Source of the DNA: an uncultured Nitrospiraceae bacterium | GTDB lineage: Bacteria; Nitrospirota; Nitrospiria; Nitrospirales; Nitrospiraceae | Length of the DNA: 64,000 nucleotides | Assembly (NCBI GenBank): GCA_963706325.1 | Contig: CAVPLT010000004.1 | Coordinates: 736,001-800,000 of the forward strand | Direction: 5' to 3' | Shown: positions 51,407-61,357 of the stretch, piece after piece | Numbering within the stretch: the first letter of the stretch is position 1 | How the letters are laid out: each line of letters begins with the position of its first letter | Translations under genes and position numbers: made by a program | Notes under the pieces: generated by a model | What the model was told of the DNA's origin: nothing | Database searches by the model: none | The model's input: only the letters and a program-made list of their open reading frames with translations

Positions 51407-52240
51407 CTATTTCACGCGGGGTGACACCTGCTCAATCCTCCAGGTCGGGCCCTTTGGATAGAGACTTCCCTCAAAACGGACGAAAGCCGGCGCGTCCTTT
51501 TTTATCAACCAAAAATGATAGTCCGGTGGGGTTTTGCCGAAGATCGACGCGACGGTGCCTAGGAACCAGCCAAGACGAGGTTTCAAGACATAGTGCGCGG
51601 CTGTGGCTTTGGTGTCGTTCCGAGTGGTATTGCGCGTCGGTTCGGCATCGATCAGCTTCAATTCGACCTCATAGAGTTTCGGTTCCGGATCGAAAACCAC
51701 CATATGGACGGACGCGCCGGTTTTTCCGCGAAGGTTTTTTAACGCGGTGATCGTCATGCCGTTGTACACATCGACGGGTAAATCGAGATGGCCGGAGGTG
51801 ACCTGTTCTTGGCTTGTCTTTCCATGTTGCCGGACTTGATATTGGCCCGTCTCGCCGTTCAGCGAGATGGTTAATGGCTCTGGAAACGCCGGTCCGCGTT
51901 GTGTCAGTTGATAGCTCAGCAACGTGAGGTGCTTTTTTTGGGAAAATGTCACGGTTTCGTCATACAGGGAGCCGTCAGTGAAACGAAAGGTCAGGCGACT
52001 CGCCAGCCGATCGGCCCCTGTCACTAGTTGACTGAGTTCACCATCTGCGAGCTTCTTCCCGTCCAGCGTCTTGAGTGTCACAAAGCCTTCGCTGACCCCT
52101 TCGGGATAGAGTACTTCAATGGGCGCAGCAAAAAGTTCTGCGGCCACAAACAGGATGCCGGCCAGGAACATTCCGAACCAGCCGGCCGTCATCCAGGTGA
52201 GAGGGCCATGTATAGGACAGAAGAATTTGGATAGGTGCAT
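51407..52240 (-). CDS. Exported hypothetical protein
   Basis: N-terminal hydrophobic segment; long beta-rich ORF. Confidence 0.7.
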   Translation of the reverse strand: MHLSKFFCPIHGPLTWMTAGWFGMFLAGILFVAAELFAAPIEVLYPEGVSEGFVTLKTLDGKKLADGELSQLVTGADRLASRLTFRFTDGSLYDETVTFSQKKHLTLLSYQLTQRGPAFPEPLTISLNGETGQYQVRQHGKTSQEQVTSGHLDLPVDVYNGMTITALKNLRGKTGASVHMVVFDPEPKLYEVELKLIDAEPTRNTTRNDTKATAAHYVLKPRLGWFLGTVASIFGKTPPDYHFWLIKKDAPAFVRFEGSLYPKGPTWRIEQVSPRVK

Positions 52241-52505
52241 AGATTTGACAACTATAATGCGAATGGTTGGATTTCAACACTGGTGATTAACCTAGTGGGC
52301 GCCTGAAGTGGCGGCCATATGACAGAGAGGGTTTCTGGGGATGGATGATTTCTGGGCTTGATGCAAACTGTCGGCTAATACCCGGTGGAATCGGCCAGAT
52401 GACTAGGAATTTTACTAGGGATGAGATGCATAGAGATGTCTTATAACGAGGCACACTTGTAGGCACGCCAAGCCTTTTAGCACGAAAGGAGAGTATAGGT
52501 AGAGT

Positions 52506-53840
52506 ATGGAAGTTACGCAGCGTGGATGTGGCGAGCCGCCTGTCTGGAGGATTGCATGCTCTCTGGTAATCATTATGGCCATTTCTGGACCTTGGCATGG
52601 GCAGGCAGAGGCGGAAGAACCGACTCCCATCGCCGGCGAAGAATTTCGTACGACTCTGTTCGGCGAAGAAATCTATGTGCCGCCCCGCGATCGCAGAAGT
52701 GTGACGGCCGTGAGCTTCGGCCTTCAGTTCATTCCGAACGGGCCCAGCTTTCAAGAGCTCCTGCCGTTCGGAGCCTTATACCTTTGGCGCAACTGGGATG
52801 ATGATAACCGACGGCTCCGCGGGACCTTTTCCGGAGTGGTCAACGACGTCGATTACACGATCGGCTTGCGAGACTACCCGAACTGGTCGCTGCTCTTTAC
52901 GTGGGACAATTTCATTCTGCCCTTTGGTCGTTCGGAATTTGTGCAAGGCCAGCGGCAGCGAGGAACGGAATTGGAATGGAGTTATGCATTTGCCGGCGCG
53001 GGAATTGGCTATCGATTGCCGATCCATCCATTTCGCCAGGACAGCGCCGTAAATATTTCTCTGACGTATGAAGCCGGCTATCGGTGGTTTGCGGGAACCG
53101 GTCACACCTCCGCGGACTATGGTGTCCCCAAAGACACGTATGAGGGGCGGATCCACTTTCGTATCCGTGCCGATTCGCTAAAGCGAAATCTGATGGAACT
53201 CCCCCATGAGGGTTTCACGATGGGAGGAGATTTCGTCCATGGGCGCCGGGCGAAGTGGGATCAATGGGGAGGGCCACCGTTTGCCACACCTGACTTCAAA
53301 CAGGAGCGGACATATTTGCAAGGGAGCGCGTATGCGCTCATGGCGACCGGCCTTCCATTTATTGAAAGCGACAAACACCGCCTGCTGACAAGTATCCACG
53401 GAGGGATCGGGAAAGATTTGGACCGCTTTTCCGCCTTTCGACTGGCGAGTCGCCCCACTGGGTATGAATGGGAAGCCATCTCTCTCCCCATGATTCACGG
53501 CGTGGCGTTTAACGAACTTTTCCCGACAAGGTACGCCGTGGCCAATTTGCAATATCGCTACGAGGCGCTTTTCTTTTTCTATCCCTACGTTGAAGCGACC
53601 TGGGGACTGGTCGAGCGGCCTGTTTTCACCAACAACGCTGAGACCGCCATCAAAAGCGTCACCGACTCGTTACCTACGCTAGGAGGGGGGCTGGTCACGG
53701 GCGCGCCATTTAAGTCTCAGCTTGAGCTGAACTACACGTACAATTTTGGCATTTATCGTGATCCGGGTGGTGCTCCACCAACTAAAGGCGGACATGGATT
53801 GATCCTCTTCTGGTCAAAGGAAATAGGCAGCAGCAGTTGA
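52506..53840 (+). CDS. Putative outer-membrane beta-barrel protein
   Basis: Signal peptide; amphipathic aromatic-rich strands; ends ILFWSKEI. Confidence 0.7.
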   Translation: MEVTQRGCGEPPVWRIACSLVIIMAISGPWHGQAEAEEPTPIAGEEFRTTLFGEEIYVPPRDRRSVTAVSFGLQFIPNGPSFQELLPFGALYLWRNWDDDNRRLRGTFSGVVNDVDYTIGLRDYPNWSLLFTWDNFILPFGRSEFVQGQRQRGTELEWSYAFAGAGIGYRLPIHPFRQDSAVNISLTYEAGYRWFAGTGHTSADYGVPKDTYEGRIHFRIRADSLKRNLMELPHEGFTMGGDFVHGRRAKWDQWGGPPFATPDFKQERTYLQGSAYALMATGLPFIESDKHRLLTSIHGGIGKDLDRFSAFRLASRPTGYEWEAISLPMIHGVAFNELFPTRYAVANLQYRYEALFFFYPYVEATWGLVERPVFTNNAETAIKSVTDSLPTLGGGLVTGAPFKSQLELNYTYNFGIYRDPGGAPPTKGGHGLILFWSKEIGSSS

Positions 53841-54071
53841 TAAGAAGCCGCGGGGATTGTTCACCGGTCCACCGGTGATCAGTGATAATCTTCCCTGGTG
53901 TATGGAAAACCCCCTCGCATATCACGATACAACGATGGTAGGATCTAGCCCATCGCAAAATGCCCACGAAATACGATAAAGTGACCCACGCGTGCCCGGA
54001 CCAGACCTCACATGACGTGAAGCAGTGTCGTTCTATTTCACCACCCCTTGGCTAAGCCCGGGAGCAGAAGC

Positions 54072-54758
54072 ATGAAACATAGAGTACTGATTGCTGACGA
54101 TCATACCCTTGTTGCCGAGGGGGTCGAGAAACTTCTGGAGCATGAGTTTCAATTGTGCGGCAGGGTGGCCGATGGCCGGGCGCTCGTTCGGGCAGTAGAA
54201 AAGGACAAGCCCGATATTGCTATCGTGGATATCGCTCTCCCCTTATTGAATGGCCTAGACGCCTGTCGTCAGATTCGGAAAACTACGCCTGAAGTGAAGT
54301 TGCTCGTCCTCACCATGCACAGCGAGCAATATTTTGTGACGGAAGCGTTTCGCGCGGGAGTGTCAGGCTATGTTCTGAAGCAATCTGTGGCAGAAGAATT
54401 AGTGTTTGCCATCAAGGAAGTGCTCAAAGGCCGGTTGTATGTTTCTCCCAGCGTCGCAGAGAATCTTGTCGAGCAGGCGTTGAACCCTGCGGAGGCGCGG
54501 CCTTCAGGAGGTGTCCAAGGCGGGTCCGATAAATTAAGCGCTCGCCAGCGTGAAGTGTTACAGCTGATCGCAGAAGGGCAGTCGACGAAGGAAATTGCCT
54601 CGACTCTCAATGTATCCATCAAGACGATTGAATTTCACAAAACCCGTATTATGAAACAGCTCGGTGTTCATAGCACCGCTGAACTCACGAAGCATGCCAT
54701 CTCGATCGGTTTGATTGCCATGCCACAACAGCCTACGATGCCTGGAACACAGCCCTAA
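54072..54758 (+). CDS. NarL/FixJ family response regulator
   Basis: IADDH, VDIALP; LuxR HTH LSARQREVL..KTIEFHK. Confidence 0.93.
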   Translation: MKHRVLIADDHTLVAEGVEKLLEHEFQLCGRVADGRALVRAVEKDKPDIAIVDIALPLLNGLDACRQIRKTTPEVKLLVLTMHSEQYFVTEAFRAGVSGYVLKQSVAEELVFAIKEVLKGRLYVSPSVAENLVEQALNPAEARPSGGVQGGSDKLSARQREVLQLIAEGQSTKEIASTLNVSIKTIEFHKTRIMKQLGVHSTAELTKHAISIGLIAMPQQPTMPGTQP

Positions 54759-54943
54759 CTCACAGAGTTTTTCTTTGCCCTCCACGATGCCACGGCCGGC
54801 GCAGATATGCTCTCTACTTTAGTCAGCCCGCGGCTCCACAAATAACTGTTAACATACCGACGGGATGACGTCTCGTGGCGAAGGAATGCGCAGGACTGTG
54901 TATTTTGCGGGCCGCCGGAGGATCTTCTTCAACAATCCAATCG

Positions 54944-55600
54944 TTAAGGATGATGCTCATCGAGGCGCGTCAAGCCTTGCGAGAGGGCGAAGCGTGTCAA
55001 TTCCGCCGTGGTTCGAATGCCGAGCCTCCGCGTGATATTGCCTTTGTGAAACTCCACCGCTTTCGTAGACACTTGCATGCTGTCTGCAATTTCCTTCGTT
55101 GAAAGTCCTCTCGTCAGCAACTGTAAAACTTCTTGTTGACGCGGTGTCAGTTTCGACGAAAACCCCTCCGGCTTGACCCATGGCGTCTCGATCGCATCCT
55201 GTACTTCAAGCGAGAGCTGCGGGGACACATACCGTTGGTTCCTCAACGCAGCCGTCAGGGCGCTGAGCAGCTCAGTCGATGCCGACTGTTTTAAGACGTA
55301 GGCGGAAGCTCCCATGGCGAAGGCCTGTGAGATATAAAATGGCTCGCCCATCATCGTCACAAAAATTAATTTTGCGTGGGGGACTGTCGCTTTCAGCTGT
55401 CTGGCCACATCGAGGCCATTCAGGGTCGGCATAGAAATATCCAACAGAATGACGTCGGGGTTGAGACGAGGAGCGATATCTAAGAGTTCCTGTCCATTCG
55501 CCGCCGTTCCGACTACTGAATATTCCGGTTCCAGTAATTGCCGGTAAGCTTCCAGTACGATGCTATGGTCGTCCGCGATTACAAGTCGTGCTTTGGACAC
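54944..55600 (-). CDS. NarL/FixJ family response regulator
   Basis: IADDH, LDISMP; LTPRQQEVL..KAVEFHK. Confidence 0.93.
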   Translation of the reverse strand: MSKARLVIADDHSIVLEAYRQLLEPEYSVVGTAANGQELLDIAPRLNPDVILLDISMPTLNGLDVARQLKATVPHAKLIFVTMMGEPFYISQAFAMGASAYVLKQSASTELLSALTAALRNQRYVSPQLSLEVQDAIETPWVKPEGFSSKLTPRQQEVLQLLTRGLSTKEIADSMQVSTKAVEFHKGNITRRLGIRTTAELTRFALSQGLTRLDEHHP

Positions 55601-55754
55601 AAAGCTCCTTGATTCGTCAGGTTCCGCATGCCCCGCCGATGCCCGAGCTATTGCACTCGTCCTTCAGATTATCAGGGTCAGCAAAAATTTTATAGTCGCA
55701 AGGATATCAGGTTTTCTGCCTGTATTTCATAGCACGTTTCAAATGCCGGACCGC

Positions 55755-55798
55755 CTAGGAAAGCCCCCAGACTTCGGCGTCGCCAGGGCTTCGCCTAG
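55755..55798. promoter_or_regulatory. Two near-perfect CTAGG-N6-CCTAG sites between the NarL gene and sod
   Basis: CTAGGAAAGCCCCCAG (55755-55770) and CCAGGGCTTCGCCTAG (55783-55798). Confidence 0.6.
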
Positions 55799-55880
55799 TA
55801 GAGACCAGGAGACGGCCATGCTAACGTCGAAATAGCTAATGTGGCCTTTGACGGCGAGCTTGGTTTAAGGAGAGCGGGAG

Positions 55881-56537
55881 ATGAAAACTTCAGGACAGTA
55901 CCAAGTCAAATCCTATGATCTCTACGGCTTATCAGGCATTTCCGATCAGACGTTACAGCTCCATTTCGGACTATATGAAGGCTATGTGAAGGCCTCAAAT
56001 GCGTTGCGCGCTCAACTAAACGAATTTATGCGCGATGGAAAAGTTGATCAGGAAGAGATGCCAGCCTATTCCGAACTGACTCGGCGTTTGGGTTTCGAAT
56101 ACAACGGTATGGTGCTGCATGAATACTATTTTGGCAATTTACGGCGAGGAGGGAGCGACCGGCCGACAGCCAATCGAGGACTCGGCCAAGCCATAGAACA
56201 AACTTTCGGAAGCTTTGAGAGATGGAAAGCCGATTTCTGCAGTGTAGGCATGATGCGGGGAGTCGGCTGGGCAATTTGCAATGTCGACCCATCCAGCGGC
56301 AGGATTTCCAACCACTGGATCACGCTCCACGAACATGGGAACGTCGCCGGGTTCGTGCCCATACTGACCATGGATGTCTGGGAGCACGCCTACCTGTTGG
56401 ATTACAAACCGTCCGAAAAGAAGCAATACATCGACGCGTTCTTTTCCAATATCGATTGGAACATCGTAGAAGAGCGGTTGCAAGCCGGGCTTGCATTTGG
56501 AGCAGTCGCGCGGAGAGGAGGTGTGGTGACCTCATGA
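55881..56537 (+). CDS. sod: Fe/Mn superoxide dismutase family protein
   Basis: LHFGLYEGYV, LHEYYF, GVGWA and MDVWEHAY. Confidence 0.9.
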   Translation: MKTSGQYQVKSYDLYGLSGISDQTLQLHFGLYEGYVKASNALRAQLNEFMRDGKVDQEEMPAYSELTRRLGFEYNGMVLHEYYFGNLRRGGSDRPTANRGLGQAIEQTFGSFERWKADFCSVGMMRGVGWAICNVDPSSGRISNHWITLHEHGNVAGFVPILTMDVWEHAYLLDYKPSEKKQYIDAFFSNIDWNIVEERLQAGLAFGAVARRGGVVTS

Positions 56538-56710
56538 ACGTAGCGATTTGTACCCTGTTAAACCCAGATCCACTGCATCCTAATCCCAATCCGGATCCGT
56601 TCCCCCAACCAGAACCGAATCCCACTCCTCCTGAGCCCTTTCCACCGCCCATTCCTCCCCAGCCGACACGTCCTCCCATCCCTCAACTGGGGAAAGGAAC
56701 GGTTTCATGA
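56534..56710 (+). CDS. Pro-rich microprotein (58 aa)
   Basis: ATGA overlap with the sod stop; NPDP/PEP repeats. Confidence 0.55.
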   Translation: MNVAICTLLNPDPLHPNPNPDPFPQPEPNPTPPEPFPPPIPPQPTRPPIPQLGKGTVS

Positions 56711-57050
56711 CAGAAAATGATGACGGCGAATCCCGGTACCGCATGCAGATGGATTTCTCCCCTCAACGGTGAAAAGTCTTATGGAAACTTCACAGAATGC
56801 AGAAGCGATTCGCCGCTGGAGCGATCATGAAGAGTGAGTCACGCTGGATTTCCAGATCTCAATGCCAGGGTGGTAGAATGTGACGAACCGATAATCTCCT
56901 TATTGTCGGAAAAGGCGTTTCCATATCACAGGCGACACCCCACGCTGCCGCTCGTTGCTGACGGTCGGCGAAAAGAGGCCTCTGCCTGTATAGGCGTGTC
57001 CGATGAGACGCCCACCTAATGATCATCGGAACGAACTTTGAAAGCCGCGG

Positions 57051-57500
57051 GTGCCCATGGCGACAGGTAAGGAAAGATTGCAATCCAGTATTTATTTGGA
57101 AACGACGGTCAATGAGCAACTGGGGTTGCTGCCGGGTGAGGACCGCACGGTGAAACATGCGATGGTCACGGCGGTGAAGGTGGCATCGCCAGAGACGAGT
57201 GTGAAGGAGGCCGTCAGGATGATGAAAGAATTCGCGGTGCCGGCGATTGTCGTGTACGAGGGCAACCAGCTGATAGGTGTACTCAGCGACCGTGATGTGG
57301 CGTTGAACCAACCCGCTTTGGGAAATGGTGAGCATGTTCCCGTCGGAATTATCATGAGCGGTGATGCGTCCGTTTGTCACGAAGATGATCGCCTAATGGA
57401 CGCCGGCGCACTCATGCGAGCCTCGAATGTGGAGTGGTTGCCTGTCCTGGATCGTGGCGACCATTTAGTGGGGGTGCTTTCTCGTTACGCGCTTCCATAG
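57051..57500 (+). CDS. CBS domain protein
   Basis: Two CBS motifs (IGVLSDRD; LPVLD..LVGVLS). Start uncertain. Confidence 0.8.
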   Translation: MPMATGKERLQSSIYLETTVNEQLGLLPGEDRTVKHAMVTAVKVASPETSVKEAVRMMKEFAVPAIVVYEGNQLIGVLSDRDVALNQPALGNGEHVPVGIIMSGDASVCHEDDRLMDAGALMRASNVEWLPVLDRGDHLVGVLSRYALP

Positions 57501-57565
57501 GGACCGTACCCCTGTACGGTGCTGATCTCTGCAGTGATCGTCAAACAGGTGGTAAGGGCGAGACA

Positions 57566-57581
57566 CTAGGGGTCTGCCTAG
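57566..57581. promoter_or_regulatory. Perfect CTAGG-N6-CCTAG palindrome upstream of ferritin/glgX
   Basis: CTAGGGGTCTGCCTAG. Confidence 0.7.
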
Positions 57582-57660
57582 TTAGGTTGACGAGGTTCCT
57601 CTACTAACCTGGGATGGTGCCGGGAGTACCGAATCAATCGGAGTCAATCGGAGTCATAAG

Positions 57661-57849
57661 ATGCCAAGGTACCCGGTCATGAGACGTATCGGGCTCTTTC
57701 TATCGCTTGCCACCTGTGCAGTCGCAGTCTGTGCGCTGCCAAAAACTCTTGCCAACCGACCGTCTGAGCATATTACCGATCCGGAGGTCTCCACTGAGTT
57801 AGGCGTCGAATCAGCTTGGCCGCACCTCCGACCGGACCTTGCTCTCTAA
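57661..57849 (+). CDS. Possible small exported protein
   Basis: Signal-like N-terminus; weak support. Confidence 0.35.
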   Translation: MPRYPVMRRIGLFLSLATCAVAVCALPKTLANRPSEHITDPEVSTELGVESAWPHLRPDLAL

Positions 57850-57909
57850 ATTGGCGCAAAAACATGCGTGGACACCCCACAACAGCGAACCGGTTAAAGG
57901 AGATTTATC

Positions 57910-58452
57910 ATGAAAAACGACACATCCCAGGCGTCAATCGTAAAGGACGTACAAGCAATTCGGGACCGCGCGCGGCAGCACATTGAGGAAGGCGCCCTGA
58001 CGGCCGACTATAAATGTGATCCTAAATTAGTTGTGAAACTGCTGAACGAAGCGTTAGCAACAGAGATCGTGTGCGTTCTGCGATACAAGCGGCACTATTT
58101 CATGGCCCAGGGCATGAATTCGGAAAGTGTCAAAGCGGAGTTTCTGGCCCATGCGGGCGAAGAGCAGGTTCATGCGGATGACCTGGCGGAACGGATCATC
58201 CAACTGGGCGGAGAGCCCGATCTCAACCCTGATGGGCTCTCAAGTCGGAGCCATTCGGAGTATGTCGAAGGCGAGAGTCTGGGAGACATGATCAAGGAAG
58301 ACCTGGTAGCAGAACGTATTGCGATTGAAAGTTACCGGGATATGATCAACTTCGTTGGGGATAACGATCCGACGACACGACGCCTCCTTGAAACTATCTT
58401 GATGAAAGAGGAAGAACACGCGGAAGATTTGGTGAGCCTCCTAAAATCCTAA
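57910..58452 (+). CDS. Ferritin-like (bacterioferritin/DPS-like) protein
   Basis: Diiron ligands ATE, EEQVHAD, AERIA and EEEHAED. The Bfr heme-ligand Met is not seen. Confidence 0.88.
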   Translation: MKNDTSQASIVKDVQAIRDRARQHIEEGALTADYKCDPKLVVKLLNEALATEIVCVLRYKRHYFMAQGMNSESVKAEFLAHAGEEQVHADDLAERIIQLGGEPDLNPDGLSSRSHSEYVEGESLGDMIKEDLVAERIAIESYRDMINFVGDNDPTTRRLLETILMKEEEHAEDLVSLLKS

Positions 58453-58492
58453 GCGGCAATCGATCAAGTCAGACAGGGAGACAGCAAGATAT

Positions 58493-60640
58493 ATGAAAAC
58501 ATGGCCAGGCCGGCCTTATCCATTGGGAGCGACATGGGATGGGGAGGGGGTAAATTTCGCATTATTTTCAGAAAATGCCACATCTGTCGATTTGTGCCTG
58601 TTTGATGGACCTGACACTCCTAAGGAATCACATCGGATTCGGATGGAGGAGCGGACCAATCAAACGTGGCACGTCTATCTACCCCAGAGCCGCCCGGGCC
58701 TCCATTATGGCTATCGAGTCGACGGACCTTATGATCCCGCTGCCGGACATCGGTTCAATCCCGCCAAATTGTTGATCGACCCCTACGCCAAATCCATTGC
58801 GGATACCATACGGTTGTCCGATCGCATGTTCGGGTATCGCCTCGGTGATCCTGACGGCGATTTGACGCGAGATGAACGAGACAGTGCGGCGGACATGCCG
58901 AAATGCGTGGTGGTCGACCAAGCGTTCAGCTGGGGCGGCGATCGGTTGCTTGGCACACCATGGTCCAAGACGGTCATTTACGAACTGCACGTCAAGGGCT
59001 TCACCGCGCGCCACCCGGATGTGCCGGACCATTTACGCGGTACGTATGCCGGCCTCGCGACTCCTGCCGTCATTGAGTACCTGCAGGGGTTGGGAGTGAC
59101 TGCCGTCGAACTGCTTCCGGTGCACCATGCCGTGCTAGATAAGCATTTGACCGACCAGGGGCTCACGAACTATTGGGGCTATAACACGATTGGTTTCTTT
59201 GCTCCTGACATGCGGTATGCCCTATCGCCCATCCGCGGACGGCATGTTCGGGAATTCAAGACCATGGTCAAGACCCTGCACAGCGCGGGCATCGAGGTCA
59301 TTTTGGACGTAGTGTATAACCACACGGCCGAAGGCAACCACCTCGGCCCGACCTTATCTTTCAGGGGCATCGACAACGCCACCTACTATCGCCTCACACC
59401 CGATGACCCGCGTTATTACGTGGACTATACGGGCTGTGGGAACAGTTTGAATGTTCGGCACCCACGGACGTTGCAGCTGATCATGGATAGTCTGCGCTAC
59501 TGGGTGCAGGACATGCACATTGACGGATTCCGGTTCGATCTTGCCTCCACCCTTGCGCGTGAGTTGCATGATGTCGATCGATTGAGCGCCTTCTTCGACA
59601 TCATTCATCAAGACCCGGTGTTGTCACAGGTGAAGTTGATTGCGGAGCCGTGGGACCTCGGCGAAGGCGGGTATCAGGTGGGGAACTTTCCTGTCGGATG
59701 GGCCGAGTGGAACGGGAAGTATCGCGATGCGATTCGACGCTACTGGAAAGGCGACGGCGGGCAGGTGGCGGAGCTTGCCTACCGGCTGTCGGGGAGCAGC
59801 GATTTGTACGAAATGAGCGGGAGACGCCCATTTGCCAGCATCAACTTCATTACCGCTCATGATGGATTTAGCCTCCACGATCTCGTGTCCTATAACGATA
59901 AACATAACGAGGCCAATGGCGAGAATAATCGAGATGGGACGAATGAGAATTCGAGTTGGAACTGCGGCGTAGAAGGGCCGACGGACGACCAGGCTGTCCA
60001 CGATCTGCGGATGAAACAAAAGCGCAACATGTTGGCCACATTACTGTTGTCACAAGGTGTTCCGATGTTATGCGGAGGGGACGAAATCAGCCGAACCCAG
60101 CAGGGGAATAACAATGCCTACTGTCAGGACAATGAAATCAGCTGGCACAATTGGCATCTATCCCAAGCCGATCGGTCCCTGCACACGTTCGTCAGACAGT
60201 TAATTGCGCTTCGGCAGGCGCATCCGGTGTTCAGAAGACGCCAGTTCTTTCAGGGCCGACAGATCCACGGCAGTGAGATTAAGGATATTGTCTGGCTCCA
60301 TTCAGACGGCAAGGAAATGGATGAGGCGGATTGGGCGCAAGGACACCTGCGCGCGATCGGACTGGTGCTGGCCGGCGATGCCATTGAAGAAAAAGATACT
60401 CGCGGCAATGCCATCGTGGATGACACCTTCCTGTTGTTGTTAAATGCCCATCATGAAGCGATTCAATTTGTGATGCCGCAGCACGATGAAAATACAGTCT
60501 GGCATCTTATTCTTGATACGGAGATCAGGCAGCCCCGGTATTTGAATCCTTCCTTCAAAGGGGGGGAGCAGTATGAAATTCACGCGCGCTCATTGGTGAT
60601 ATTTCGTCGAGAATCGATCGACAGCCTATCTTTCCGATAA
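58493..60640 (+). CDS. glgX: Glycogen debranching enzyme
   Basis: [42 protein letters not shown] and [10 protein letters not shown]. Confidence 0.96.
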   Translation: MKTWPGRPYPLGATWDGEGVNFALFSENATSVDLCLFDGPDTPKESHRIRMEERTNQTWHVYLPQSRPGLHYGYRVDGPYDPAAGHRFNPAKLLIDPYAKSIADTIRLSDRMFGYRLGDPDGDLTRDERDSAADMPKCVVVDQAFSWGGDRLLGTPWSKTVIYELHVKGFTARHPDVPDHLRGTYAGLATPAVIEYLQGLGVTAVELLPVHHAVLDKHLTDQGLTNYWGYNTIGFFAPDMRYALSPIRGRHVREFKTMVKTLHSAGIEVILDVVYNHTAEGNHLGPTLSFRGIDNATYYRLTPDDPRYYVDYTGCGNSLNVRHPRTLQLIMDSLRYWVQDMHIDGFRFDLASTLARELHDVDRLSAFFDIIHQDPVLSQVKLIAEPWDLGEGGYQVGNFPVGWAEWNGKYRDAIRRYWKGDGGQVAELAYRLSGSSDLYEMSGRRPFASINFITAHDGFSLHDLVSYNDKHNEANGENNRDGTNENSSWNCGVEGPTDDQAVHDLRMKQKRNMLATLLLSQGVPMLCGGDEISRTQQGNNNAYCQDNEISWHNWHLSQADRSLHTFVRQLIALRQAHPVFRRRQFFQGRQIHGSEIKDIVWLHSDGKEMDEADWAQGHLRAIGLVLAGDAIEEKDTRGNAIVDDTFLLLLNAHHEAIQFVMPQHDENTVWHLILDTEIRQPRYLNPSFKGGEQYEIHARSLVIFRRESIDSLSFR

Positions 60641-60712
60641 TCTGTGGGCTCTATCCTGTCCTCCTTCCCTCTAAACGGCCACTGCAAAATATAGGGATTA
60701 CGTATACATCCA

Positions 60713-60748
60713 CGCGAGGAAACGCCCCCAGGAGGGCGTTTCCTCGCG
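60713..60748. terminator. Perfect 15-bp hairpin after glgX
   Basis: CGCGAGGAAACGCCC-ccagga-GGGCGTTTCCTCGCG; no U-tract. Confidence 0.5.
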
Positions 60749-61061
60749 AACTAGGGAAATGTCCAGTCCCTGCGGCGCAATTCCGGGGCTATAAGTAGGC
60801 TTAATAGAGGAATCATGTGGAGGTTGGCGATGTACAGCATGAAATTACAAGGCATAAAGGGTCAAGTAGTCGTCGCGCTCAGCAATACCGAAGCGACAGA
60901 TGAGGTACGGCTGTACCGTAGAGGAAGATTAGGACTGGCCTCTCGCACACCGTGGGGACGTTCCGGTAAACCAACAGGGCAACAGATTCGCAGCACGCCG
61001 ATGGTCACGAGAAGATGAATGCGCGAACCCATGTCCCAGTCACAACTGTAAGGAGGATGTT

Positions 61062-61301
61062 ATGAACGCCGACCAATTCAAGGGCAAATGGATACAGTTC
61101 AAAGGCGACGTGAAGCAGAAATGGGGCAAGCTCACGGACGATGACCTGATGCAAGTTGAAGGGAATTACGACAAATTCATCGGGAAAGTGCAAGAGCGCT
61201 ATGGCGATAAGAAAGAGGACGTCGTGCGTTGGGCCGACGATTGGCACACGCAACAGGGTAAGCCTGGGTCCACGTCCGCAGACACGCTTCCTCCGCGCTG
61301 A
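61062..61301 (+). CDS. CsbD/YjbJ family general stress protein
   Basis: MNADQFKGKW..KQKWGKLTDDDL..QERYG; AAGGAGG RBS. Confidence 0.92.
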   Translation: MNADQFKGKWIQFKGDVKQKWGKLTDDDLMQVEGNYDKFIGKVQERYGDKKEDVVRWADDWHTQQGKPGSTSADTLPPR

Positions 61302-61357
61302 AAAGTAGATAGGCTCGGCGGGAAGACCTAGGAAGGGAGAAGTTCATTTCTAAACTG

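Noticed and set aside
57631..57656. Short tandem repeat GAATCAATCG-GAGTCAATCG-GAGTCA as a CRISPR or regulatory array
   Set aside because: Only about 2.5 ten-base units, with no spacers and no cas genes.
60815..61018. 67-aa ORF upstream of csbD
   Set aside because: An RBS-like sequence is present, but there are no recognisable features; insufficient support.
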